Assembly: GCF_030028105.1 (NCBI RefSeq)
Contig: NC_092377.1
Coordinates: 3,973,079-4,037,078 of the forward strand
Direction of reading: 5' to 3'
DNA from: Mobula birostris
Taxonomy: Eukaryota
DNA length: 64,000 bases
Shown here piece after piece: positions 49,110-62,600 of this stretch. Below the pieces are notes generated by a model that saw only the letters and a program-made list of their open reading frames with translations, did not search any database and was not told the origin of the DNA. The position numbers were made by a program, and so were the translations under genes. Position 1 is the stretch's first letter; the number at the start of each line of letters is the position of its first letter.

Positions 49110-52100
49110 GGAGAATCTAGGGAATGGTAAGAGATGGCTGCCTCTCTGACTGGAGGTCTGTGACTAGTGGTGTGCCACAGGGATCACTGCTGGATCCTTT
49201 GTTGTCATCAATATTAACGATCTGGTTGATAATGCAGTTAACTGGATCATCAAATTTGCAGATGAGACCAAGACTGGAGGTGTGTTGGACAGTGAAGAAG
49301 ACTAACATAGCTTGCAGGAGGATCGGCATGAGCTGGAAAAATGGGCTGAAAAATGGCAGATGGAATTTAATGCAGACAAGTGCGAGGTGTTAGACTTTGG
49401 AAGGGCCAGTCAGGGTGGGTCTTACACAGTGAATGATCGGGCATTGAGGAATGTGGTAGAACAAAGGGATCTGGGAATACAAAGAAGTGGCAAATGAAAT
49501 ACAATGTTGGAAAGTGTATGGCCATGCACTTTGGTGAAAGAAATAAATGGGCAGACTATTATTTAGATGGGAGAGAATTCAAAATGCAGAGATTAGATTA
49601 GATTAGATTATGAGGACACGCAGTCCTCTTTTATTGTCATTTAGTAATGCATGCATTAAGAAAAGATACAATATACAGCTGGTGTGATAGCACAGAAACA
49701 CAGGACAGACCAAGACTGAAAAACTAACAAAACCACATTATTATAACATATAGTTACAACAGTGCAACAATACCATAACTTGATGAAGAACAGTTCATGA
49801 CACAGTAAAAAAGTTCAAAGTCTCTCGAAAGTCCTACATCTCACGCAGACGGGAGAAGGAAGAAAACTCTCCCTGCCGTGCCCAACTACAGTTCGACTCT
49901 GAGTCGTCCGAAAACTTCGAGCTCTGATCAGCCCTCCGATACCGAGTACCAAGCGCCATCTCTGCTGAACACTTCGACCTCAGCCTCGGTCGCCAGCATC
50001 AGGCAAAGCCGGGGATTTTGGGGCCTTCCCTCCGGAGATTCTCGATCGCACAGTAACAACGGCAGCGAAACCAGGCTTTTCAGAAATTTCTCCCGATGTT
50101 CCTCTGTGCTTTCACATCTGTCTTCATCAAATCAGAATTGTCCACGGCCCCTATTTAACAGATACGATATCATTTCACTGAAGAGCTGTGCACGCTGCAT
50201 CACGCTGCCATTTTCTCCTCCCGCCCGATGAAAAGGGACTTGGGAGTCCTTGTGCAGGATACCTTAAAGGTTAGCATCAGGGTTGAGATGGTGGTGAAGA
50301 AGGCAAATGCAATTTTGGCATTCAATTCTAGACGTATAGAATGTAAGAACATGGATGTGATGTTGAGGGTCTCTAAGGCACTCGTGAGACCACACTTAGA
50401 ATATGTTGTGTAGTTTTGGGCTCCTTATTTTAGAAAGGATATACTGACATTGGAGAGAGTTCAGAGAAGATTCACGAGAATGATTCCAGGAAAGAAAGGG
50501 TTACCATATGAGGAACGTCTGGCGGCTCTTGGGCTGAATTTCCTGGAGTTCAGGAGAATGGCGGGGGGATCTCTTAGAAACATTCCGTATGTTAAAAGTT
50601 CTGAACGGATTATATATAGCAAAGTTATTTCCCATGGTAGGGGAGTCTGGGACAAGAGGGCATGACTTCAGGATTGAAGGGCGTCCATTTAGAACAGAAA
50701 TTACTTTAGTCAGAGGGTGGTAAATCTGTGGAATTTGTTGCCATGAGCGGCTGTGGAGGCCAAGTCATTGGGTGTATTTAAGGCAGAGATAGATAGGTTC
50801 TTGATTAGCCAGGGCATCAAGGGGTATGGGGAGAAGACAGAGGAGTGGGGATGACTGGAAAAATTGGATCAGCCCATGATTGAATGGCAGAGCAGACTCA
50901 GTGGGCTGAATGGCCTACTTCTGCTCCTATATCTTAAGGTCTTACGGCCTTATGGAATACAGGTCCTTAGTTCATTGAAAGTGGTGTCTCAGGTCAGGGA
51001 GATTGGTTCATAAAGAAATTTTTTGGCACATTGTCCTTCATAAATCAGTTATTGAGTAGAGGAGATTGGATGTTTTTTTTGAAGTTGTACAAGACGTTGT
51101 GAGGCCTAATTTGTAGTAATGTGTGCAGTTCTGGTCAGCCATCTACAGGAAAGATGTAAACAAGTTTGAAAGAGTACAGAGAAAGTTTACAAGTCTGTTG
51201 TCAGGTCTGGAGGACCTGAGTCATAAGGAAAGATTGAATAGGTTTGGACTGTATTCTTTAGAACATGTAAGATTGAGAGGAGATTTGATAGATGTATACA
51301 ATTATAAGCAGTGTAAATAGGGTAAATGCAAACAGGCTTTTTCCACTGAGGTTGGGTGGAATTACAATTAGAGGTCATGGGTAAAGGGTGAAAGGTGAAA
51401 AGTTTAAGGGGAATATGAGGGGAACCTTCTTCACTCAGAGGGTTGTGAGAGTGTGGAATGAGCTGCCAGCACAAACATTATATGGGAGCTCAATTTTAAC
51501 ATTTAGGAGAAGTTTGGATATTTTCACGGACAGTAGGGGTATGGATGGCTATGGTCTGGGTAGAGCTCAATGGGACTCAGCAATTTTAATTGTTCAGCAC
51601 ATGGTAGAAGGCCCAAAGAACCTGCTTCCAGGCTGCTTTTTTTTTTGACTCAATGAATCTAAGGCTATCAGTGCAGTTTTCCAACAGTCCAGTGTTTTTA
51701 TGGTTACCAGCTTTTACATTTAAACCCGGCTCTTAAAGAAAGGAGGAAGGCAGCAGAAAGCAAATCATAGACCAGTTAGCCTGACCTTAGTGGTTGGGAA
51801 GATGCTGGAGTCAGTTATTAAGGATGAGGTTATGGAATACTTGGCGACACAGGACAAGATAGTACAAAGTCAGCATGGTTTACTTAAGGGAAAATCTTGC
51901 CTGATGAACCTGTTGGAATTCTTTGTGGACATTACCAGCAGGATGGCTAAAGGAGGTGAAGGGGATGAACTAAATATGTATTTTTCATCAGTCTCCATTG
52001 TGGAAGACACTAGCTGTATAGTGGAAGTTCCAGATGTCATGGGGCATGAAGCGTGTGAAGTTACCATTATCAGAGAGAAAGTTCCTGAGGAAACTGAAGG

Positions 52101-53620
52101 ATCTGAAGGTAGATAAGTCACCTGGACCAGATGGTGTACACCCCAGGGTTCTAGAGCAGGTGGCTAGAGAGATCGTGAAGGCATTAAAAATGATTTCGAG
52201 AAACAATTGCAAATGTCGCTCCATTCTTCAAGAAGGGAGAGAGGCAAAAGAAAGAAAATTATAGGCCAGTTAGTCTGACCTCAGTGGTTCAGAGGATGTT
52301 GGAGTCAATTATTAAGGATGAGGTACCAGAACACTTGGAGTCACGTGATAAAATAGCCTGCAGTTAGCATGATTTCCTCAAGGGAAAATCTGTTGAAGAA
52401 ATAACAAGCAGGATAGACAAAGGAGAATCCGTTGATGTTGTGTGCTTGGAATTTCAGAAGACCTTTGACAAGGTGTCACACATGAGGCTGCTTAACAAGC
52501 TATGAGCCCATGGTATTGCAGGAAAGTTAGTAACATGGTTAGAGCATTGGCTGATTGGTAGGAGGAGCGATTGAAAATAAAAAGATCCTATCCTGGTTGG
52601 CGGCCAGTGACTGTTGGTGTTCCGCAGGGGTCAGTGTTGGGACCACTTCTTTTTATGCTGTATATAAATGACTTAGATGATGGAATGGATGGCTTTGCTG
52701 CCAAGTTTGCAGATGATACGACGATTGGTGGAGGGGCAGGTACTGTTGGGGAAACAGGTAGGATGCAGAAGGACTTAGACAGATTAGGAGAATGGGCAAG
52801 AAAGTGGCAAATGAAATACAATGTTGGAAAATGCATGGTTATGCACTTTGGTAGTAGAAATAAATGTGCAGACTATTTTCTAAACGGAGAGAAAATCCAA
52901 AAATCTGAGATGCAGAGGGACTTGGGAATCATTGTGCACAACACCCTAAGGGTTAAGAGTCAGTGGTGAGGAAGGCAATTGCAATGTTAGCATTCATTTC
53001 AAGAGCTCTGGAATACAAGAGCAGGGATGTGATGCTGAGGCTTTATAGGGCACTGGTGAGGCCTCACCTTGAGTGTTGTGAACAGATTTGGATTCCTCAT
53101 CTGAGAAAAGATGTGCTGGTATTGGAGAGGGTCCAGAGGCAGTTCACAAGGATGACTGCGAAATGAAAGGTATCATATGAGGAATGTTTAATAGCTCTGG
53201 GTCTGTACTCGTTGGAATTTAGAAGGATGAGAGGGGAATCTCACTTGAAACCTGAAAGGCCTAGACAGAGTAGATGTGGAAAGGATAGTTCTCATAATGG
53301 TTAAGTCTAGAAGAGGGCACAGCCTCAGGATAGAGGAGCGTCCATTTAAAACAGAGATACCGAGAAATTTCTTTAATCAGAGGGTGGTAAGTTGGTGAAA
53401 TTTATTACCACAGGCAGCTGTGGAGGCCAGTTTGTTGGGTGTATTTAAGGCAGAGATTGTTAGGTTTTTAATTGGACATGGCATCGAAGGTTATGGGGAG
53501 AAGGCCGGGGAGTGGGGCTGAGGAGGAGAAAAAAAGGATCGGCCATGAACGAATAGCGGATCGGACTCGATGGGCCAAATGGCCTAATTCTGCTCCTATG
53601 TCCATGGCTTTATGGCCTTT
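49110..53620 (+). mobile_element. Stack of + strand CR1 fragments with a nested minus-strand insertion (~49590-50226, (AATCT)n tail)
   Basis: Repeated GVPQGS, FADDT, RDLG and QRRFT motifs; the CR1 sequence ATGCAGAGAT|GAAAAGGGAC is split by the insertion. Confidence 0.85.
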
Positions 53621-53642
53621 AAACACTGAGAACTACAGTGAA

Positions 53643-53671
53643 ATACTTTGTTTGTATTAATAATCACTGTG
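53643..53671 (-). promoter_or_regulatory. RSS-like signal: perfect heptamer CACAGTG, 12-13-nt spacer, degenerate nonamer
   Basis: Minus strand CACAGTG ATTATTAATACA(A) ACAAAGTAT, directly after a YCxAW-like remnant. Confidence 0.45.
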
Positions 53672-54281
53672 CGAGATGTGCTGGGTCACCATGCTTCCCA
53701 GTATAGCATGTACACCCCTCACCAACCCTCAGTTCTTGTAACTGTGGGAGGAAAGCAGAACACCCAGAGGAAGCCTAATCGGTCACAGAGAGAATTGACA
53801 AACTCCTTACAGACAGTGGCTGGAAGTATCTGGGAGATTTTCCAGGGATCATAATTCCCATGTTCCTGGATCTCTGGACTAACCTCTGGATACCAGTCCA
53901 GTAACAACCACAATGTTACTGCAGCTGAAAGTGGTGCAGAATAAGGATGAATGAGTCTTACAAACACCTGCGGACAGAGATGAGGGTAATTACAGTGGAG
54001 GGAGATCCTCCAGGATATTGTGGGAGTGAGAGGAATCTACTGGGATAGTGTGAGACCAGATAACCACATTCTCCACCTAACAAGATGAATGTGCCATGGA
54101 TATTGGCAGTCTGGCCCATAGCACTGAATATGGTGATGCCCTGACATCAGTGTAAATGGCCCCGGACCATTCTCCATTCAACAGAGCTTCTGGGTTTTGG
54201 TTTAAGGGGAACTGCAGGCTGTAGATTACAAGAACTTACCGTGAGGAAGTAAGAGAGTGGTTGCTAAACACTTGCAGACAT
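53672..54281 (-). pseudogene. Decayed Ig-light-chain-like V gene segment (leader 54281-54240, intron, V remnant from 53967, SINE insertion ~53705-53820)
   Basis: A one-base correction gives leader MSASVLATTLLLPH; donor G|GTAAGT; acceptor CTCTGTCCGCAG|GTGTTTGT (GVC); remnants FSCSN..LDWYPE and TAC TGG GAA GCA TGG before the heptamer. Confidence 0.5.
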
Positions 54282-54348
54282 GGTGCACTGGGGGAACAGA
54301 AGGGGGTTTGTGAGATGGTAAATGCAGAGATGTGGTCAAGCAAGAGGA

Positions 54349-54356
54349 AAGCAAAT
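54349..54356 (-). promoter_or_regulatory. Octamer-like site (ATTTGCTT, 7/8 match to ATTTGCAT)
   Basis: ~68 nt upstream of the leader ATG, in light-chain orientation (TCATTTGCTT). Confidence 0.35.
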
Positions 54357-55379
54357 GAGAACATGGTGACTCCACACGGTTTGTGGTAAAATTGGGAAAT
54401 AGAAAGAAGGGCAAGAGAGCTTTGCAGATATACAGTCAGGAACATACTGATGACCTTCTGTGTGATCATGGACTCACAGTAAAGCAGTGTTACAGGACTG
54501 GCTATTCAGCCCATCTTGTACATCCTGACCACGTTGTCAATTTACACCAATCACTTTTGTATGCATTGGGTCCCTATCCCTCAGTGCCTTTCCTATCCAA
54601 ACACCTGTCGAAATATATTAAGTGTTGTAATTGTAGCTGACCCGACCACATCCTGTGGCAGCTCATTCAAATTCAAGTTTACTGTCATCTGACTGTACAT
54701 ATATACAACCAAATGAAACAATGTTCCTCTTGACCATGGTGCACCCACAATACATATATCACACAGCACATAAACCAAATATTACCATCAATATGTTAAT
54801 AAACTATCATTCTGTATGTATGTAGAGCACAGCACAGGTAAACAATAAACAGTACACTGTCCTGGTGACGAGACCTCAGTGGTGACAGGGTATCCATTAG
54901 TCTCACAGCCTGAGGGAAGAAGCTGTTACCCAGTCTGACAGTCCCAGTCCTGATGCTCCTGACCCTCCTTCCTGACCGTAGTGGGTCAAAGAGATTGTGG
55001 GATGGGTGGTGGAGATCCTCAACAGAGCTTCAGGCTCTTCGTCTGCGACACGCCCGGTAAATAGTGGGGATGGAAACCTCAATGATCCTCATCACTCTCT
55101 GTGTGGAAAACCTCAGATCTTCTTTAAATCTCCCCACTCCAGGACAACATGTACATGGAGCAGACATTTAGGAAGGCAAATGACATGCTGGTCTTTATTG
55201 CAAGCAATCTGAGTACGAGAGACCTTCCCACCATACACAGCCATGGTGACAGCAGACCTGTGGGGTCCTGACATAACAAAGGAGATGGTTGCTATGGAGA
55301 CAGTGCAGTGAAGTTTCACAGAACTGGTTCCCCGGATGGTGGCTCTGTGAGGAGAGGAGGAGTTGAACATTCTGATTAA

Positions 55380-56200
55380 AATGATTCACTTTATTTGTCA
55401 CATGTAAATTGAAACACAGTGAAAGGGCATACAAGAGTAAGATATACCAGTTAGTTGAGTGGAGGCCTAGCGACATCCTGGCAGTCAATGTCAGTAAAAC
55501 CAAAGAGCTTATTGTAGACCTCAGAAAGGGTAAGATGACCGAATATACACTAGTCCTCAAAGGGGGATCAGAAGTGGAGAGAGTGAGCAATTTCAAGTTC
55601 CTGGGTATTAATATATCGAAGGACCTAAACTGGTTGCAACATATTGTTGCAGTTATAATGAAGGGAAGGCAGTGGTTGTACTTCATTAGGAGTTTGAGGA
55701 GAATTGTTTTGTCACCTAAAACATTCAAACTTCTACCTATGTACTGTGGAGAGCATTCTGACTAGCTGCCTCACCGTCTGGTAAGGCGAGAGACTACATC
55801 ATAAGATGAAAGTAAGTTTGGAAACTAGTAAAATTGCTCACGGGCACTAGCCTCCATAACATCCTACAAGAAGCAGTGCCTCAGGAAGGCAGCATCATCA
55901 TTAAAAATTTCCCCCACCCAGGACATGCCCTCTTCTCATTGATACCCTTGGGAAGGAGGTACAGCAACCTGAAGACACACACTCAATAATTCAGGAACAG
56001 GTTCTTCCGGTCTGCTATCCACTTTCTGAAAGGACACTGAACCCATGACCACTACCTCACTATTTTTTTGTATTTCTGTTGTTTTGCTTTACTGATTTTA
56101 ACTTAACATTTAGTAGACGTATTCAATATCATGTCCTATTATACAGATTCATTAACACATACTTACTGTAATTTGTTTTTTCTCTATGTATTGCATTGTA
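55380..56200 (+). mobile_element. Rex/Babar-like LINE RT fragment
   Basis: NVSKTKELIVDLRK, FKFLGINISKDLNW, LYFIRSLRR (55409-55765). Confidence 0.8.
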
Positions 56201-57225
56201 CTGTTGGCGTAAAGTGAACAAATGAATTCCAATCTTGCAGCCGGCTCTACAAAGCATTGCGCCAATGGCTATGCTTACGTGCTGCCCTCTGGGATTGTCA
56301 TGAGGCCTGTGATGGTCAGGGTCGACCATGGATGTTGCATCCTAACTGTCTACGTTGTTGGCGTAGTGCCAACGATACACAAGCCAGGTCAGTACAATAT
56401 GGACAGCGAGCTGCTGCCCGTGCAGCTGTCTCCACATCTCCACACAGTATGTCCAAGTTGTATAGAATGCTTTGGGATTCCCTTTAATCCTTCTTGTCAA
56501 AGACTTTTCAGGGCCCTTCCTGGCTCTCCTGATCCCTTCTTGAATTCTTCTCCAGATTCCTTATAATTCTTAAGGGCTCTGTTTGATATTAGCTCCTTAA
56601 ACTTACAAATGCTTCCTTTCTCTGACTAAATTCACCATCTCTCTTAACATCCAAGGTTCTCTTCTTTTGCCAACCTTGTCCTTCCTCCTGACTGGAATGT
56701 CCCTGTCCTATACTCTGTGTAGTTGGTCATTAAACACCCTCCACATGTCAGATGTTGACTTGTCCAGAAACAGCTGTTCCCAATGAACTCTCCCTAGCTC
56801 CTGATGAATGCTCTTGTAATGTGCCCTTCTGCAGTTTAATAGTCTCCCACAAGGTCCATACTAGCACTTACACCTGCTCACCCACTGAGAGGTCACCTGG
56901 CCAGACCCATTACCCAACACCAGGTCCTGTACAGCCCCTCCTCTCCTGCAGACAGCTAATAAATTCTTCCCCATGCAAAACCTTTTGCAGAAAGGAGATC
57001 CCAGTCCAAATTTGGGGAATTTGAAGTCTCCCAAGACAACAACCATGATGTTTTAAAACATTTCTGTAATCCATCTGTACACGTGTTCCTTCATGTCTGT
57101 TGGGGATGTGGGTCTGTAGTATGATCCCATCACAGTGATTGGATTTTTCACATTTTTCATCTCTACACATACAGACTCAGTGGGTGAGCCCTCCATTCTG
57201 TCCCCTGTGAGTGTAGCTGTGATAT

Positions 57226-58822
57226 TGTGACTACAGAGCCAGGAGTGCAGGCAGGTTCTTGGCCTCTTTTAAAGCAGGCAGTCTGACAAGGTAGTTTAAA
57301 GTTACTACAAATGTTATTAACAAACAGAAGTTTTGTTTAAAAATGCAAATAGAGGGGCAAGGCAGATTTCAAATAAAATACAGCTCCTGCGTTATCATCA
57401 GACCCTGTAGGCTAGACAATGGCCCACGCACGTGTGGGGCAAAAGCTTTTAAGGCCACCTGAGGAGGAAGGTCCCACACTATTTTCCCTCCTGCCATGGT
57501 CCGGTCTGTGAAGTCCGCATTCCGGTTCACGGTCCAGTCTGTGAACTCAGGACTCCGGGTCTTCCAGCTGTCCCTTGTTTAAGTTAATCATAGGCACCTG
57601 ATTCCCATCTTGGGGTTGGAATATAAGTAGCCTTGGGAGTGAGTGTGGGCTGCTGGTTTGTCTTGTCAAGATCCCCTGGGAGCAACCTGCTGCTGGAAGG
57701 CTAGTGAAACCATTTGTGATCTCCAGGTCTGGTTGGAGAACCACTGCTTCATGGAGCCTTGTTGCCTCTTGTTGGAGTGGTCTTTGTGGTATGGATTTGG
57801 CTGTTTCCAGGACCAGCTGAGTGGCTGTCAGCCACTCTGAGCTAGGTAGGGATCTGGCTGTTTCTGTAGCCAGCTGAGGTTGCTGGCTGAACTGAGATAT
57901 GGAGCTACACTGGAGCAGAGATAGAACTGTCTGTTGTTCTTTGGTGTTTGTCTCTTCTTGTCCTTGCCTCTGTGGGGTAAGTCAGGCTGTTTGCCATTGC
58001 CCTGTGGGGGGGGGATCTGTCTTGTCTTGTCCTTGCCTCTATTGGGTAAGTCTGGCTGTTCTGCTGTTACCTGATGGAGGGACCAGTCCCACCTTGGTGT
58101 GGAGATCAAGTTGAGTCCTGGCTTGTTTTAGGATAAGTCCTGGCTCTATGTCTATGTTCTGTCCTGTTTCATGTTAGTGTTGTGTTAAAGGTGAGTCCTG
58201 GCTTGTTGAAGGATAAGTCCTAGCTCTATGTTGATGTTCAGTTCCCAGTCTGACTTTCAGCTCCAGTCTTTGAGACATCAGCCTCCGTATTTCAAGAAAA
58301 GGATCCTGCAGCCCAGCTCGGAGAGCCCCAACCTCGAGGATCCTGCAGCCTAGCTCGGAGAGCCCCGGCCTCGAGGATCCCGCAGCCCAGTCTCAAGACC
58401 CAAGACACCAGCCTCAAGCCATGTCATGTCCTTGCCTGGTTCTGGGGTCCGAGCCCGAGGCAAAACCCAGGTTCTGAGTCCTTGTCCAGTCTCGGGCTCG
58501 GAGTCCAAGCCTTCTCTTGTCTCCAAGCTCAAGCCTCTAGACCCCAGCTACATCCGGTCCTGAAGCCATGTCATGTCCTTGCCTGGTTCTAGGGTCCGAG
58601 CCTCAGGCAAAATCCAAGTTCTAGGTCCTTGTCCAGTCTTGGGCTCTGAGTCAAAGCCTTGCCTCCTAGTCCTGGTCCCGCTTTCCCTAGCTCAAGTCTG
58701 CGTTCTTGTCCCTGCTCCTGGTCTGAATCCTGTCACATCCCTACTCTAGTCAAGTCCTGTTCCTTGTACTTCAGTGCCTGTGTCTAGCATTTGGGTCCAT
58801 TCTCAGCCACCCCCTTGTGACA
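57226..58822. repeat. Probable solo-LTR-like element containing several internal tandem repeats
   Basis: Starts TGTGAC and ends TGTGACA; internal repeats at ~57930-58070, 58110-58240, 58300-58390 (36-bp unit) and 58410-58660 (~143-bp unit); no TSD found. Confidence 0.5.
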
Positions 58823-59046
58823 CCTCCTGCCAGAAACAAAAGGCACAATTCATTTGCAATGCTGACTGTTAATCTTATGATGAAGCCCTCCCTATAGGCA
58901 CTACGAAGGCCCCTCTGCAGCCCCACGCTCTCCAGTTTGGTGATGGAGACATCCCACCTCTCCTGGAAAATCTGGGAGTCTCCCGCATATTGATAGTGGC
59001 TCCCTGATGCTGGAAATTATATACAATATCTCAGAAACCAATATTT

Positions 59047-59232
59047 TTGAGAGGGAGAGTGAGTATCCTGACTGGTCTCTTTGTGCTAAGTAGACCTATC
59101 TGTTTTCTGTGGGCGGGCTTCACAGTCGACCTCAAAAATAATGACAGTGTTGCTTGCTGCACTGTTTGCAACAGTGCCTTTTCTATTGCCCATGGTGGGT
59201 TAAAATGTAAAAGACATGTTGAGGTGAGTTTA
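59047..59232 (+). mobile_element. hAT-like DNA transposon N-terminal zinc-finger remnant
   Basis: ACCTVCNSAFSIAHGGLKCKRHVE resembles the CxxC..FS(I/V)xHGG..D(V/I)KxH motif of hAT-type transposases. Confidence 0.5.
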
Positions 59233-59639
59233 ACAGGTGTCATTTGTTCATTAGCATAGCTAACATTACTTAAACCAGCTGGCTAGCTGCTAAGGAGCTA
59301 CTCTGTTGATGTCTTGTGTGATGAGGCCAAACTCCCTGTAGACTTGCTTAAAGCTGTAATAGAATAAAAAAATTACTCCATGATAATGTAATATAATATA
59401 AGTACATTTTAATGTTGCATTTTCTGCATATACCCAACTTGGTTTGCAAATTAGACAAAACCACTAAACACTGCGCAGGCGCGTGACGTAGCGTGTCAAG
59501 GTTTAAAGAGAAAATTTCAACTGTTCTTGTTTCAGTCGAAGCAAGCAGCTGAAAAAGGGAGTGGAAGAAATCGGGTAGAAAAAGTTTTTTCTTTTAAAAC
59601 ACTGCTCGGGGAGAAGGGTCTGCACTGCGTATGCGTGTG

Positions 59640-62600
59640 ACGTAGCGCGCCGAGGTTTAAAAGCAGACCACCATATACAGTGGCCAATGTCGGAGTGGAC
59701 TGAGTCAGAGTGGGATGGCTTTGGCTCAACAGGCTTCGGCGAGAACAGGCAGAGGCCAGGGTAGGTTCCAGTAAGTTTTTTCTTCAGATTGTCCAGTGTA
59801 GAGAGAATGCCAGGCAGGATGTTGGAATGCTCCTCTTGCAGGATGTGGGAAGTCAGGGAGCCCTCCAGTGTCCCTGACAACGACACCTGCAAGAAGTGCA
59901 TCCAGCTGCAGCTCCTGACAAACCGCGTTAGGGAACTGGAACAGGAGCTGGATGACCTGCGGATCATTCAGGAGAATGAGGAGATTATAGATCGTAGCTA
60001 CAGGGAGGTAGTTACGCCAAAGGAGCAGAGCACAGGAAATTGGGTCACTGTCAGGCGGGGGAAGAGGAAAGGGCAGGCAGAGCAGGGATCCCCTGTGGCC
60101 ATTCCCCTCAACAACAAGTATACCGCATTGGTTACTGTTGGGGGGGGGGGGAATGACTTACCTGGGACAAGCTGCAGTAGCCGGATCTCTGGCACTGAGT
60201 CTGGCTCTGCAGTGCAGAAGGGAGGGGGGAAAAGAGGAGAGCGGTAGTGATAGGGGACTTGATAGTTAGAGGTGCAGATAGGAGGTTCTGTGGTCGTGAC
60301 AGAGAATCCAGGATGGTTTGTTGCCTCCCGGGTGCCAGGGTCAAGGATGTCTCTGATGGATTGCATGACATTCTGAAGTGGGAGGGTGATCAGCCAGATG
60401 TCGTGGTGCAAGGAAGAGTGAGGAGGTCCTGGAGAGTGAGTATAGAGAGCTTGGTAGGAAGTTGAAAAGCAGGACCTCGAGGGTGGTAATCTCAGGATTG
60501 CTACCTGTGCTACGTGCCAGTGAGGGTAGGAATAGGGTGCTCTGGAGGATGAACAAGTGGCTGAAGAACTGGTGTAGGGGGCAGGGTTTCAGATTTCAGG
60601 ATCATTGGGACCTCTTCTGGGGCAGGTGGGACCTGTACAAGAGAGATGGGTTACACTTGAACTACAGGGGGACCAATATCCTTTCAGGGAGGTTTGTTAA
60701 TGCTGTTGGGGAGGCTTTAAACTAGATTTGCAGTGGGATGGGAACCAGAGTGCCAGAGCTGACTGTGTGGCTGGGGTGAAAATAAATGATGTTAAAAGTT
60801 CAAGCAAATCCGCTAATAGAAAGGTTGTGAGTGGTGGTAAACATCTTCTGAGGTGTATATATTTCAATGCTAGGAGTATTGCAGGGAAGGCGGATGAGTT
60901 GAGGGCATGGATTGACACGTGGAATTATGATGTTATAGCAATTAGTGAAACTTAGCTACAGGAGAGGCAGGACTGGCAGCTTAATATTCCAGGGTTCCAA
61001 TGTTTCAGATGTGATCGAGGCAGAGGAATGAAAGGTAGGGGAGTAGCATTGCTTGTTAGGGAAAATATTACAGCAGTGCTCAGGCAGGACAGATTAGAGG
61101 GCTTGTCTACTGAGTCCTTATGGGTGGAGCTGAGAAACAGGAAAGGTATGGCCACATTAGTGGGATTGTATTACAGACCACCCAATAGTCAACGAGAATT
61201 GGAAGAGCAAATCTGCAGAGAGCTCGCAGGCAACTGCAGGAAACAAAGTTGTGGTGGTAGGGGATTTTAATTTTCCATATATTGATTGGGACTCCCATAC
61301 TGTTAGGGGTCTAGATGGTTTAGAGTTTGTAAAATGTGTTCAGGAAAGTTTTCTAAATCAATATATAGTGGGACCAACTAAAGGGGATGCAATATTGGAT
61401 CTCCTGTTAGGAAACGAGTTAGGACAAGTGACAGAAGTCTGTGTAGGGGAGCACTTTGGTTCCAGTGATCATAACACCATTAGTTTCAACTTGATCATGC
61501 ACAAGGATAGATCTGGTCCTAGGGTTGAGGTTCTTAACTGGAAGAAGACCAAATTTGAAGAAATGAGAAAGGATCTAAAAAGCGTGGATTGGGACAGGTT
61601 GTTCTCTGGCAAGGATGTGATTGGTAGGTGGGAAGCCTTCAAAGGAGAAATTCTGAGAGTGCAGAATTTGTATGTTCCTGTCAGGATTAAAGGCAAAGTG
61701 AATAGGAATAAGGAACCTTGGTTCTCAAGGGATATTGCAACTTTGATAAAGAAGAAGAGGGAGTTGTATGACATGTATAGGAAGCAGGGAGTAAATAAGG
61801 TGCTTGAGGAGTGTAAGAAGTGCAAGAAAATACTTAAGAAAGAAATCAGGAGGGCTAAAAGAAGACATGAGGTTGCCTTGGCAGTCAAAGTGAAGGATAA
61901 TCCAAAGAGATTTTACAGGTATATTAAGAGCAAAAGGATTGTAAGGGATAAAATTGGTCGTCTTGAAGATCAGAGTGGTCGCCTATGTGCAGAACCAAAG
62001 GAAATGGGGGAGATCTTAAATAGGTTTTTTGCGTCTGTATTTACTAAGGAAACTGGCATGAAGTCTATGGAATTAAGGGAAACAAGTAGTGAGATCATGG
62101 AAACTGTACAGATCGAAAAGGAGGAGGTGCTTGCTGTCTTGAGGAAAATTAAAGTGGATAAATCCCTGGGACCTGACAGGGTGTTCCCTCGGACCTTGAA
62201 GGAGACTAGTGTTGAAATTGCAGGGGCCCTGGCGGAAATATTTAAAATGTCGCTGTCAACAGGTGAGGTGCCGGAGGATTGGAGAGTGGCTCATGTTGTT
62301 CCGTTGTTTAAAAAAGTATCGAAAAGTAATCCAGGAAATTATAGGCCAGTAAGTTTAACATTGGTAGTAGGTAAGTTATTGGAGGGAGTACTAAGAGACA
62401 GAATCTACAAGCATTTGGATAGACAGGGACTTATTAGGGAAAGTCAACATGGCTTTGTGCGTGGTAGGTCATGTTTGACCAATCTATTGGAGTTTTTCGA
62501 GTAGGTTACCAGGAAAGTGGATGAAGGGAAGGCAGTGGATATTGTGTACATGGACTTCAGTAAGGCCTTTGACAAGGTCCCGCATGGGAGGTTAGTTAGG

